From NCBI GenBank assembly GCA_040754255.1, contig JBFMDA010000002.1, positions 1 through 61,274 of the forward strand: a stretch of 61,274 nt of DNA, written 5' to 3'. Both the position numbers and the translations under genes were made by a program. The DNA is from Candidatus Omnitrophota bacterium. GTDB taxonomy: Bacteria > Omnitrophota > Gorgyraeia > Gygaellales > Profunditerraquicolaceae. The notes beneath the pieces were generated by a model. The model saw nothing but the letters and a program-made list of their open reading frames with translations, was not told the origin of the DNA and ran no database searches. Shown piece by piece: positions 33,910-42,690 of the stretch. Numbering within the stretch: position 1 is the stretch's first letter; each line of letters starts with the position of its first letter.

Positions 33910-35201
33910 GTTAATTTTGAGAAAATAAAATTTTTATCTATTCTTTTAAGGCTCAATGAGATAAATGCATTCATAAGGTCGGTTTTTGACTTTACCGCAA
34001 CCCTAATATAATTACTTGTATACCCTGTCCAAAGGCAATTTTGCAACCTCTCATTTGAATCAATCAGGGCCTCCATTGACTTGCCGATAAACTGTTTCTT
34101 AAACTCAAGGGCACAGGATTCGCTAACCTTAAAAAGGCGGTTTTTGCGCTCCAGTATTGTTTTTTGTTGAATTTTTTCCTGCATACGGCAGGCAAAAGTA
34201 CCCTTCCTGTCGCTATAAGGAAAAATGTGGACCTTAAGAGGCAATATTTCTTTTATTAAACGAAGAGTATTATTAAAAGCGCTTTCGGTTTCCCCGGGGA
34301 ATCCGACAATAATATCGGTGGTAATAGCGATATCCGTCACCTGCTTCTTTAGTCTTTGCGCAAGAGACACGTAATACTTGTGCGTATAGTTACGCTTCAT
34401 CGATTCCAAGACCGCGTCGTCGCCGCTCTGAAAAGGAATGTGCAGATGGCGGCATAATCTTTTAGAATTTCTCATATACCGGATAAGCGCATCATTGATA
34501 TCCCGTGCCTCTATTGAACTTAAGCGTATCCTGTATAACCCGAGCATTTTTTCAAGTTTTGATATTACCTGAATGAGGCTCTTGCGTGGGTTAAGATCTT
34601 TACCGTATGAACCCAGGCAAATGCCAGTCAGCACTATTTCTTTGAATCCATTTTTTACTAAGCGTTGCGCCTCTTCAATAATATCTCTTAGCGGCCTGCT
34701 CTTTGAATTGCCCCTCACTAACGGGACCTTGCAATAGGCGCACCGGTTATTACACCCGTCTTGAATTTTCAAAAAGGCACGGCTTCGGCCTTCAAAATGC
34801 GAAATGGCATATGGTTGGTGTTTTGTAAATTTATTTTGCCCTTCCCGCCGGTTGGAATTAACCAACTTGCCTACAACCTCACTTACGGTAAAGTCCTTCT
34901 CACTGTTTTTCTGTATAAGCGAAACTCCGGGGATACCTAAAATCACATCCTTATCTAATTCTGCCAGACAACCGGTAACTACAATTTTACCGAACGGATT
35001 TTCTCTATGAGAACGCCGAATCAGATAAAGAGATTCTCTGTCGGCCTTACCCGTAACCGTGCAGGTGTTGATTACGTAAAAATCCGCGGGCTCTTTTCCC
35101 CTTTTTTCGATAAACCCTTCCCTAATGAATTGCTCCCTAAGCGCCTGGGTTTCGTATTGGTTCACTTTACAACCGAGTGTAAGGAATTTAACTGTTGGCA
35201 T
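33906..35201 (-). CDS. mtaB: MiaB-family tRNA methylthiotransferase (MtaB-like)
   Basis: N-terminal MTTase FLTLGCKVNQYETQ, rSAM IQDGCNNRCAYCKVP, 431 aa. Confidence 0.8.
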   Translation of the reverse strand: MPTVKFLTLGCKVNQYETQALREQFIREGFIEKRGKEPADFYVINTCTVTGKADRESLYLIRRSHRENPFGKIVVTGCLAELDKDVILGIPGVSLIQKNSEKDFTVSEVVGKLVNSNRREGQNKFTKHQPYAISHFEGRSRAFLKIQDGCNNRCAYCKVPLVRGNSKSRPLRDIIEEAQRLVKNGFKEIVLTGICLGSYGKDLNPRKSLIQVISKLEKMLGLYRIRLSSIEARDINDALIRYMRNSKRLCRHLHIPFQSGDDAVLESMKRNYTHKYYVSLAQRLKKQVTDIAITTDIIVGFPGETESAFNNTLRLIKEILPLKVHIFPYSDRKGTFACRMQEKIQQKTILERKNRLFKVSESCALEFKKQFIGKSMEALIDSNERLQNCLWTGYTSNYIRVAVKSKTDLMNAFISLSLKRIDKNFIFSKLT

Positions 35202-35934
35202 GTTGGAGGCAGGAAAACCTTAAATAAGCGGCAATGGCAATAGCAGCGGTATCTACGCGTAAGACAAGCTTTCCCAAAGATACAGGTATAAAACCGAAAG
35301 ATTGTGCTAAGGCTATTTCTGAAGGCGTAAAATCCCCTTCCGGGCCGATTAATATTACTGCGTCCTTGAAGGTGCGCTTTTTTACTATTTCACGAACTGA
35401 AGCGTTATTCTCACCTAATGTAGGCATGAGGCGCAAATCAAAAGATTGCGACTCTTCAAGGAAATATTTTAGATCTTTTACCGAATCGATAACTACCGCA
35501 GAACTCCTTTTGGATTGCTGGCACGCTTGCGTTGCTATTTTTCTCCAGCGCTGGACTCTGGACATTTTCTTTTTCTCGTCTAATTTTACAATGACTCGCT
35601 CTGTGAGCAAAGGAACTATCCTTGATACCCCCAATTGCACCAGTGAATCAACAATAGCGTCCATTCTGGGGCCTTTCGGAATAGCGCAGGCAATAGTGAC
35701 AGCCGAATCCACCGTGTCGCCGGAAAGGAGTTTCTCAATGATAATTAAATCAATTAGTGACGGAGAAACCTTATTTATTGCCGCCTTGTATCTGTTTTGC
35801 TTTTCGTCGTTAATAAGAACGGTTTCATGCTCCTTAAGCCGCAAGACGTTACGCATATGATGAAGTTGGCTTGCATCCGTGATTACGGCTTTCTTTTTTG
35901 ATATATTGCGGGAAGGGCAAAAAAAACTGTGCAT
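35188..35934 (-). CDS. rsmE: 16S rRNA (uracil1498-N3)-methyltransferase RsmE
   Basis: Start moved to Met11 (MHSFFCP...), which removes the overlap with the upstream gene. HHMRNVLRLK, GPEGDFTPSEI. Confidence 0.82.
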   Translation of the reverse strand: MHSFFCPSRNISKKKAVITDASQLHHMRNVLRLKEHETVLINDEKQNRYKAAINKVSPSLIDLIIIEKLLSGDTVDSAVTIACAIPKGPRMDAIVDSLVQLGVSRIVPLLTERVIVKLDEKKKMSRVQRWRKIATQACQQSKRSSAVVIDSVKDLKYFLEESQSFDLRLMPTLGENNASVREIVKKRTFKDAVILIGPEGDFTPSEIALAQSFGFIPVSLGKLVLRVDTAAIAIAAYLRFSCLQHANS

Positions 35935-35941
35935 TATTCTC

Positions 35942-36604
35942 CTATGGACGCAACCCTGACGCAAAGAATTTCAAACCCAGCCAGACAAGGATCCCTGCGG
36001 AAACAAGCCTTGAAAAACGGTAATATCCCTGATAATTCGCCTGAAGTTTAGGAAGCAATCCTGCGAAAACAACCAAAAGTATTAAGGGGGAGAGGAATGT
36101 TCCAAGCCCAAATACAAAACTGTACGCCACACTTGATGCCAGGGTGCTTGAGATAAGACCGATATATGATAAAATTACCAAAAAAGGGCCGCAGGGAATC
36201 AGGCCGGCAAATAACCCGAGCGCAATGAGGCTTTTTTTATCGCGCTCGATAATGTGCCTTGAAAGGAACGAGCACCAGCGGTTCTTTGTCCCGCGTATGT
36301 CAAAGAAAACAATAATCCCAAGTAGTAACAATACGCTTCCTAAGGCCATTAATAGATAACGCGACATACCCCACAACGCTGACTCGACCAAAAGCCTACC
36401 TATCAAAAAGAAGAAGGCGCTTATGATGAAGTACGTAACTATCCGTGTGCAGGAAAATACTACATACGCAAATAGCCCTTGAGGTACAGTCTTTTTAGTG
36501 CCTGCAATGTAAGAAAGTAGTATTGGCCCGCAACTCAAAAGGCAAGGGCCTGCCCCAAGGAGAATTCCTGACAAAAATAGCTCTACAATTACCCGGTTAT
36601 TCAT
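35942..36604 (-). CDS. DsbD_2/TauE-like polytopic membrane protein with paired Cys-Pro motifs
   Basis: Start moved to MNNRVIVELFLSG (the ATGAATAA overlap with the upstream stop). GAGPCLLSCGPILL and GLIPCGPFLV motifs. About 6 hydrophobic helices. Confidence 0.6.
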   Translation of the reverse strand: MNNRVIVELFLSGILLGAGPCLLSCGPILLSYIAGTKKTVPQGLFAYVVFSCTRIVTYFIISAFFFLIGRLLVESALWGMSRYLLMALGSVLLLLGIIVFFDIRGTKNRWCSFLSRHIIERDKKSLIALGLFAGLIPCGPFLVILSYIGLISSTLASSVAYSFVFGLGTFLSPLILLVVFAGLLPKLQANYQGYYRFSRLVSAGILVWLGLKFFASGLRP

Positions 36605-38081
36605 CAGCCTTTGTGTCCTTTTCGGAAAATACGTCGGCGGTGAATACGTACAATTCCGTGGCTTTATCTTTCCAGGCTTTCGGGTCCAAACCGGCTTTAT
36701 GCATACACAAATTATCGAGGAACTCCTCCTTTGTCCAGCCGGTTTCGGTTGCAACCTGCGGAAGGAATACGCCGCTGTTAAAACCTCTGCGCACCAATAC
36801 CCCGTGTTCACCGAGTTTAATTTCGTCCGGTGAATCAACGCGCTTCATAGGAGACAGCACGGAGATCTCGATATCTATATTGCTGAGTTCTTCCGGTTCA
36901 AGCGGAGTAAAGCGCGGGTCTCTGACTGCTGCTTCAACAGCCATATCCCTAATAGTTAGATACAAAGGCTGTCTCCCGGTGAGGCTACCGATGCATCCGC
37001 GTAGATGCCCGTGCTCGTGCAACGTGACAAAAGCCCCCAGAACTTCAAGAAGCGCCGGGTCTTTTGTCTGAACTGCCAATTTTTTCCCGCTTTCCAAATG
37101 AGTCTTTATTGAATCCCGCGCAATCAAGAGTAATTCTTTTTTTTGTGATTGGCTCAACATAGAAACAGCTCCTTTCTCTTCGTAAACCGCCAGACTCCCA
37201 TACCCTACAGTCCAAGTCCCTGTTTGCATTCTATTGGTTACTTCAGCAGAGTTAGTACAACGTAGCGGCGTTACTTTATTGCACATGAAGGCCTTAGATA
37301 ATAATAACGTAGTCACCACGGGAAACCCGCCACAGAGCTGCGCCTTCCCCTCTTGTAAAGCAGAAAAGAGGCCACTTGAGTCCATGCGTTCAATATAAGA
37401 GACCGTTGTCATATCTATCGTTTTAGCCTCGCGAAAGTCATACCCGTGGTAGAAATCGGTTGAAGCCACTACGAGCACGTCTTTTCTTATGCCGATCGCT
37501 GACTTAAGCAGCACAGCTAATTTTTGGCATTCAGAAAAGCTGCAATTACCCATTACTACCGGAACAAGCTTAAAATCAGAGAGCGCTGCCTGTAAAAAAG
37601 GAAGTTGTACTTCAATAGAATGTTCCTTGGCAAATGCAAGCGCATCAAAGGTAACAGCCGGTTCCTTATTGAGCAATTTCGAAACAAACTCTTCGTCTAT
37701 CTCGATATCGCCCAGAGGAGTACGAAATTTTCCCTTCGGATAAACGGAAATACCGGAAAATGCATAATGATGGCTTGGCCCAATCACCACCACTGTCTTG
37801 TAAGGCTTACCCTTTATCAGGCTATAGCCAAAAGCAGCAGCGGGACCGCAAAACTGGTATCCTGCATGAGGGCACACCAGCGCAAAAATCCTACCACTTG
37901 CTTCCTTCGGGTCTGCCTTTTTGATGAAACTATCCAGTTGCTCTTTAAGAACGGTTGGATTGCTTGGATAAAATTGCCCTGAGACAGAAGGCTCTTTGAT
38001 ATCCTCGGCATACACGCACGCATAAGGAATCCCCAAAAAAAAGGCGCATAATGCAAAAATTGCTATCCCCTTGAGCCGCAT
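36597..38081 (-). CDS. fused AmmeMemoRadiSam system protein B (Memo-like) plus protein A (AMMECR1) with signal-peptide-like N-terminus
   Basis: MRLKGIAIFALCAFFLGIPYACVYA|ED. Memo motifs SGQFYP and CPHAGYQFCG. AMMECR1 motif GAFVTLHEHGHLRGCIGS. The ATG at 38079-38081 lies 1 nt after the upstream stop. Confidence 0.8.
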   Translation of the reverse strand: MRLKGIAIFALCAFFLGIPYACVYAEDIKEPSVSGQFYPSNPTVLKEQLDSFIKKADPKEASGRIFALVCPHAGYQFCGPAAAFGYSLIKGKPYKTVVVIGPSHHYAFSGISVYPKGKFRTPLGDIEIDEEFVSKLLNKEPAVTFDALAFAKEHSIEVQLPFLQAALSDFKLVPVVMGNCSFSECQKLAVLLKSAIGIRKDVLVVASTDFYHGYDFREAKTIDMTTVSYIERMDSSGLFSALQEGKAQLCGGFPVVTTLLLSKAFMCNKVTPLRCTNSAEVTNRMQTGTWTVGYGSLAVYEEKGAVSMLSQSQKKELLLIARDSIKTHLESGKKLAVQTKDPALLEVLGAFVTLHEHGHLRGCIGSLTGRQPLYLTIRDMAVEAAVRDPRFTPLEPEELSNIDIEISVLSPMKRVDSPDEIKLGEHGVLVRRGFNSGVFLPQVATETGWTKEEFLDNLCMHKAGLDPKAWKDKATELYVFTADVFSEKDTKADE

Positions 38082-38082
38082 A

Positions 38083-39180
38083 CTAACGCCACACACCTTT
38101 GATCTCCTGCCCGCAGAAACTGCACTTACCCTCTTTTAAATTATTTTCTAAAACCGTGTATCCGCTGCGCCGTATTATGATTTTTTTGCACGCGGGACAA
38201 ATAGTATTCTCTGCCGGATTACCGGCAAGATTACCGATATAGACGTATCGCAGACCTTCCTCTTCCGCAATTGCTTTTGCCCTCTTAAGGGCTTCTACCG
38301 GCGTGGGTATCAGCGCCACAAGTTTATACGTAGGGAAAAAACGGGAAAAATGCAGCGGCGTATCTAAGCCGAGGTTCTTTCTTATCCAAATACACATCCG
38401 GCGTATCGTAGCCTCATCATCATTAAAACCCGGCAGGATTAGATTGGTTATCTCAAGATGCACTCCCCCTTCTTTTAAAACTTTTAAAGTACGCAACACC
38501 GGCTCTAAGGTCCCCTCTGCCAGTTTTGCGTAATATTCGTCGGAAAACCCCTTTAAATCGATATTAGCTGCGTCAAGGTATTTGGCTAATTCCTTAAGCG
38601 GCTCTTCATTCACGTACCCGTTTGAATGCATAACGGTCTTTATCTTTGCGGCCTTTGCCAGCTTAGCAACTTCAAGCATATATTCATAGAAGATGACGGG
38701 TTCGGTATACGTAAAAGCGATAGTTTCAGCGCCGGACTTTTTTGCACGCTCGATAAGGGCGGCGGGCTCAAGATATTCATAGGCCAGATCTTCTGTTCTC
38801 TTTTGGGAAATCGCCCAATTTTGGCAGAACTTACACCGTAAATTACAGCCGGCTGTAGCGATTGAAAAGGCCTGCGAGCCGGGCAAAAAATGAAATAATG
38901 GCTTCTTTTCTATTGGGTCGATGTGAATAGCAACGAGCTTTCCATAAGATAGTGCATACAGGGTTCCTTCTCGGTTTTCGCGCACACCGCAAAACCCTCT
39001 TTTGCCCTGAGGAATAATACATCTGCGAGGGCATAACTGGCAATTAACAGAATTGTTGTCGAGTGTGCGGTAATACAGCGCTTCTTTGGGATTTTCTTGC
39101 GGGTAGGCTTGCTGAGGGAACAAAAAGTTCACGAAGGACAAAGAAGCTATTAAATAAAAGAAAAAAACTTTTGATTTCAT
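38083..39180 (-). CDS. amrS: AmmeMemoRadiSam system radical SAM enzyme with hydrophobic N-terminal segment
   Basis: Start moved to MKSKVFFFYLIASLSFVNFLF (ATG 39178-39180). CQLCPRRC...FCGVR N-terminal Cys region. ATAGCNLRCKFCQNW. Confidence 0.8.
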   Translation of the reverse strand: MKSKVFFFYLIASLSFVNFLFPQQAYPQENPKEALYYRTLDNNSVNCQLCPRRCIIPQGKRGFCGVRENREGTLYALSYGKLVAIHIDPIEKKPLFHFLPGSQAFSIATAGCNLRCKFCQNWAISQKRTEDLAYEYLEPAALIERAKKSGAETIAFTYTEPVIFYEYMLEVAKLAKAAKIKTVMHSNGYVNEEPLKELAKYLDAANIDLKGFSDEYYAKLAEGTLEPVLRTLKVLKEGGVHLEITNLILPGFNDDEATIRRMCIWIRKNLGLDTPLHFSRFFPTYKLVALIPTPVEALKRAKAIAEEEGLRYVYIGNLAGNPAENTICPACKKIIIRRSGYTVLENNLKEGKCSFCGQEIKGVWR

Positions 39181-39287
39181 ATAGCTATAAATCTCATGGT
39201 GTCGCCGCGCTCGCTGCTGTGCTTGTTGATTTACTCTCGTATCTAGTGTCGGTAAATCATCCCGGCGAATGCATATGAGTCGGGACT

Positions 39288-39346
39288 GCAACGCGACGTT
39301 CGCAGTGGCATCCACCAAAAATTTACGACAAGTAAATTTTTGGTGG
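39288..39346. repeat. 30-nt box plus 14-bp A/T-rich hairpin, copy 1
   Basis: gcaacgcgacgttcgcagtggcatccacca (39288-39317). Hairpin ccaccaaaaattta/taaatttttggtgg (39312-39346). Confidence 0.7.
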
Positions 39347-39416
39347 CACTCAAGCGAGCGTGATCCGCCGACAAGGCGGATAGCGAGCGGAGTGCCTAAC
39401 CGTGTGGTGGCGCCCC
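39341..39416 (-). other. 76-nt tRNA-sized element (possible degenerate tRNA copy or minihelix ending CCACCA)
   Basis: The minus strand reads GGGGCGCC...GGCACTC-CGCTCGCT-ATCCGCC-TTGTC-GGCGGAT-CACGCTCGCTT-GAGTGCC-ACCA. It shares GGGGCG at the 5' end and CGCTCGCT..CCACCA at the 3' end with the adjacent tRNA-Ala but does not fold as a cloverleaf. Confidence 0.3.
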
Positions 39417-39436
39417 TGCTCACTGCGTTGCTTGCC

Positions 39437-39496
39437 GCAACGCAACGTTCGCAGTGGCATCCACCATTTTTTTCTTTGTCAGAAAAAAAATGGTGG
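39437..39496. repeat. 30-nt box plus 13-bp A/T-rich hairpin, copy 2 (3' arm is the CCACCA end of tRNA-Ala)
   Basis: gcaacgcaacgttcgcagtggcatccacca (39437-39466, 29/30 identical to copy 1). Hairpin ccaccattttttt/aaaaaaatggtgg (39461-39496). Confidence 0.7.
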
Positions 39497-39566
39497 AGCG
39501 AGCGGGATTTGAACCCGCGACCTCTACAATGCGAATGTAGCGTTCTCCCAACTGAACTATCGCCCC
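39491..39566 (-). tRNA. tRNA-Ala (anticodon CGC), CCA encoded
   Basis: GGGGCGATAGTTCAGTTGGGAGAACGCTACATTCGCATTGTAGAGGTCGCGGGTTCAAATCCCGCTCGCTCCACCA. G3:U70 pair present. Anticodon loop TTCGCAT. T loop TTCAAAT. Confidence 0.92.
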
Positions 39567-39754
39567 ATATTTTTTGGTTCTACCGTCCTGCTCGGTCCGG
39601 GCACTTCAAGCGCATTTTAAACTAAAAACAGATGCTCTTAAATCAAACGCTGCCTCTAACTTTTGTGCCCTCGATTTATACCATGCAAAGGGAGCGTTTG
39701 ATTTATCCCGCGCTATGCGCGGGACTCCAGCTGAGCTACAGCCCCCATCCCCGC

Positions 39755-40885
39755 CTATTTACATTCTGGAATTTTATAAACTTTGCAATTCTTACAAACC
39801 TTAGGGAATTTATTCTGGCGCAATAACTTTATGAACTCTTTGAATTTTTCTGAATGCCAAAATTCGTAAAAATTACCTTCCAGTACATTCAAGAATGCGT
39901 TATCCCTTTGAAATTGCCGCTCGTTTGCTTCATTAATGACGCAGCATGGCTGCAAATGCCCGCTGGATAGTATAAAAGGCTCGTTCCATTTAGTACATTT
40001 ACACGGGGGATCCAAACGGGTTATATTCTCGTTCCAGTTAATATAAATACCGTGCCGGTGCGCTCTTTTATAAACCTCCCTACGGATATCTTCGGGGATA
40101 TTCCATACTTTATAAGGCATAACTTCTTTAAATTCCATTAGATTAGAGTAGAAAATTAATGTTGCCGCATTGGGAACGCCCTTAACGAGCCCGGCCACCA
40201 TATCTACAAAATCAGCCATCTCCATGAAATTATAACTATTAATAATAAAATGAAACCAAAGTTCGGGCAATAAGGCCCTGCGTTCCTTTTTAAGCGCAAG
40301 AAAAGCCCGGACATTAGTCATGGTTTTTTCAAAGCTCGCCCCTACCCTGATCTTCTCATAAGTCTTTTTAGTAGAAGCTTCGCAAGAAAGCCAAACTTTA
40401 TCAACTGAAAGGTTAATGAGATTTTCGGATAAATCAGGAGTAATCAAATCGAAGGTATCGAACATCTCAATATAAACTCCCTTTTCTTTCAAACAACCCA
40501 GCATTTTAAGAAAGTCTTTGTTCAAAAAACTGGAACCAATTCCCGTAGTCCCTATCCATTTGAGCCGAGGGAATTGGTTAATAATCTTCTTGAAATCCTC
40601 AAAACTCAAATCTTTTGGTGTTTCCTGCCAATAGGTATGTTCGCAAATGTTACACAGCAAATGGCATCGGGTGGTAGGCTCAATCTCTATGGCTTCGGGA
40701 TAAGGAGTTAGGAAAGGGAAAAGCCTCCAGATAGGGTCAAAAAGCGCGATTCCAGAATCGCGGGTAAAAACCGAGCTCCATAAATAGGAATAGGCATTAC
40801 GAAATTTGCCTTTACACAAAAGATACAGGATGTTGCGCATCCTGGAAAGAAACATTGATATAAATCTTAATCTGCGAATGTCCAT
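39755..40885 (-). CDS. radical SAM protein with Cys-rich C-terminus (glycan-locus associated)
   Basis: IEPTTRCHLLCNICEHTYW. C-terminal GHLQPCCVIN and KVCKNCKVY. Confidence 0.65.
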   Translation of the reverse strand: MDIRRLRFISMFLSRMRNILYLLCKGKFRNAYSYLWSSVFTRDSGIALFDPIWRLFPFLTPYPEAIEIEPTTRCHLLCNICEHTYWQETPKDLSFEDFKKIINQFPRLKWIGTTGIGSSFLNKDFLKMLGCLKEKGVYIEMFDTFDLITPDLSENLINLSVDKVWLSCEASTKKTYEKIRVGASFEKTMTNVRAFLALKKERRALLPELWFHFIINSYNFMEMADFVDMVAGLVKGVPNAATLIFYSNLMEFKEVMPYKVWNIPEDIRREVYKRAHRHGIYINWNENITRLDPPCKCTKWNEPFILSSGHLQPCCVINEANERQFQRDNAFLNVLEGNFYEFWHSEKFKEFIKLLRQNKFPKVCKNCKVYKIPECK

Positions 40886-40894
40886 TTTTTAAAA

Positions 40895-41623
40895 TTATAG
40901 ATGAGCAAAATAGCTATTAGCCTTACGCAACTCTTCCTCGGAATTAACATTAATATACTCTTCGCATATCGAGAATGTCCTAACAATCTCGCCTTCATCT
41001 ATAGCGCACTGAATTAGATCGGGCAGTTCTTTTTCGTGCCTTTTTTGGTTAATAGGGGTTTTAGCAATATAATCGAATATTTTATTTTTAAATAAGCAGT
41101 TGCCCGTACCCATCAAATTGTTAAAGAAATAATTCGGTTTTTCAATCAAGCGGAATATCCGTCGATCCTCGTTTTGGATAACGGCATAGGTCTTTTTAAT
41201 TAAGTTGGTGTCTGAGACTTTTACCGTTCCGCACAAGGCAAACACGCCGGTTCCCAAAAACTCTTTAATGAATTCAGGGTGATGAGGATTTAACATCAGC
41301 TCATCCCCTAGCATAAGCATGAAATCACTTGCGCCTACTTCGACGCGCGCACACTCGATGGCGTCGACCAAACCTTGTTGTTCTTGCTGGCGAACATAAC
41401 TAATATTTTTCCCGCGATATAAGCTGCCGAACTCCCGCATAATATCTTGCGCGTGGTAACCCACAACGATAATAACCTGTTCGATTTCTGGCAATGTTGC
41501 CACGCAATCAAGACTATGGGCAATAATATATTTGCCCTGAACTTTAAGCATACACTTGTTTATGCCTAGCGAAACTTCGTCTAAACGTTTTCCCCTTCCG
41601 GCTGCTAGAATCAACGCTTTCAT
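40895..41623 (-). CDS. sugar-phosphate nucleotidyltransferase
   Basis: MKALILAAGRGKRL signature and LGDELM. Confidence 0.8.
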   Translation of the reverse strand: MKALILAAGRGKRLDEVSLGINKCMLKVQGKYIIAHSLDCVATLPEIEQVIIVVGYHAQDIMREFGSLYRGKNISYVRQQEQQGLVDAIECARVEVGASDFMLMLGDELMLNPHHPEFIKEFLGTGVFALCGTVKVSDTNLIKKTYAVIQNEDRRIFRLIEKPNYFFNNLMGTGNCLFKNKIFDYIAKTPINQKRHEKELPDLIQCAIDEGEIVRTFSICEEYINVNSEEELRKANSYFAHL

Positions 41624-41641
41624 TAATGACTCCTATCAATT

Positions 41642-42667
41642 CTATTTAAACAAATCCTGATTTTGCCGTATCCACTCGATAAGCCTTTTAATGCCTTCGG
41701 CCGGACGCACCTTTGGCGACCATGCAAGATGTTTTTTTGCTTTTGTTATATTACAGACAAAATATTTTAAATCTCCAAAACGCGCATCGGCAAACCGCAA
41801 ATCCAATTTTTTAGCGGTAATCTCGGAAATTACACCGATGCTCTCTATAAGCGAAATAATATTTTCTTTTCCCCCGCCAATATTATATATTCCGGACTTA
41901 GGTTTGCGTCTGAAACTTTCAAAAGCCATCACTAAATCTTCGCAGAAAAGTATATCCCGGACTTGTTTTCCCGTCCCGAATATAGTTATAGGCAAGCCCA
42001 TCAGGGCCCTGATACAAAAATTAGCTACCCATCCATGATCTTCGCCGCCAAGCTGCCGAGGCCCATATAGCCCTGTGAGCCTAAAACTTGCCGCATTAAC
42101 CTTATAAGTATCGATGTAGGCTCGCACATACGTATCAGCCGACGACTTAGAGGCGTGCAAAGGAGTCAACAGCCCTGTCAGCGCAGGATAAGATTCATCA
42201 ATACCAACGGGCCTGCGGATATACCGGTTTTTCCCTTCTGTAAGCTCGGAATTTATCCTGTTACCATACACGTGAATGGTCGCGCATGATACAACGGGAA
42301 TCTTAAAACGACGCGCTGCCTCCAAGACGTTAACTGTCCCTACCACGTTGGTCGATATATCAAGAACGGGGTCTTCTATAGATATCGTCACTGCCGGTTG
42401 GGCTGCAGTATGAACAATAAAATCGCAACCGCTTGCATACTCCAATAATTCCAGGCCGTTGCGGATATCGGCTTTTACCATCTTCACGCCAAGGCCTTTT
42501 AGAAAATTCCAATTATAATCACGGGCCCTCTCAATATTATATCCTGTACGCATAAGTTCATTTTTAGTCATATTATCGTATGAAATTACCTTATGGCCGT
42601 TTTTTGCGTAATATTCGCATGTCCAAGATCCGATGAATCCGCAACCACCCGTAACTAAAATTTTCAT
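41642..42667 (-). CDS. NAD-dependent epimerase/dehydratase (extended SDR)
   Basis: MKILVTGGCGFIGS Rossmann motif and a Yxx(x)K-type catalytic region. Confidence 0.82.
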   Translation of the reverse strand: MKILVTGGCGFIGSWTCEYYAKNGHKVISYDNMTKNELMRTGYNIERARDYNWNFLKGLGVKMVKADIRNGLELLEYASGCDFIVHTAAQPAVTISIEDPVLDISTNVVGTVNVLEAARRFKIPVVSCATIHVYGNRINSELTEGKNRYIRRPVGIDESYPALTGLLTPLHASKSSADTYVRAYIDTYKVNAASFRLTGLYGPRQLGGEDHGWVANFCIRALMGLPITIFGTGKQVRDILFCEDLVMAFESFRRKPKSGIYNIGGGKENIISLIESIGVISEITAKKLDLRFADARFGDLKYFVCNITKAKKHLAWSPKVRPAEGIKRLIEWIRQNQDLFK

Positions 42668-42690
42668 ACCATCTCCTTTAATATACCGTT

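Noticed and set aside
35234-35860. Long plus-strand ORFs (for example 35234..35860 208 aa, 60097..60684 195 aa, 36523..37071 182 aa, 5343..5879 178 aa, 932..1456 174 aa, 29910..30383 157 aa, 29259..29702 147 aa, 50664..51098 144 aa) as genes
   Set aside because: Each lies entirely antisense to a minus-strand gene with clear family motifs. They have low-complexity Ser/Leu/Pro/Arg-rich translations, no recognisable motifs and no RBS context. They are treated as shadow ORFs.
39341-39416. The 76-nt element as a functional second tRNA
   Set aside because: Positions 1-7 do not pair with 66-72, there is no D stem and no TTCRA T loop. Only a minihelix can be drawn.
38083-39423. N-terminal extensions of track ORFs (38083..39423, 35942..36838, 35188..35964, 42691..44115, 36597..38096)
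   Set aside because: The extensions overlap upstream genes or non-coding RNA regions and are Arg/Ser/Cys-rich. Internal Met codons give canonical family N-termini or signal peptides and tidy gene junctions. Shorter coordinates are used.
39269-39625. 118-aa plus-strand ORF spanning the tRNA-Ala region
   Set aside because: It runs antisense through a well-folded tRNA gene and the repeat and hairpin modules, and its translation is Arg/Ser/Pro-rich and implausible.
39567-39746. tmRNA, or an intron-containing tRNA, starting at GGGGGCTGTAGCTCAGCTGG
   Set aside because: There is no UUCGACG-type tmRNA signature, no resume codon or tag frame and no T arm or CCA-proximal acceptor complement before tRNA-Ala begins. 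180 nt is too short for tmRNA. I could not fold an anticodon arm or a 3' half for an interrupted tRNA. It is kept only as an unexplained structured spacer.
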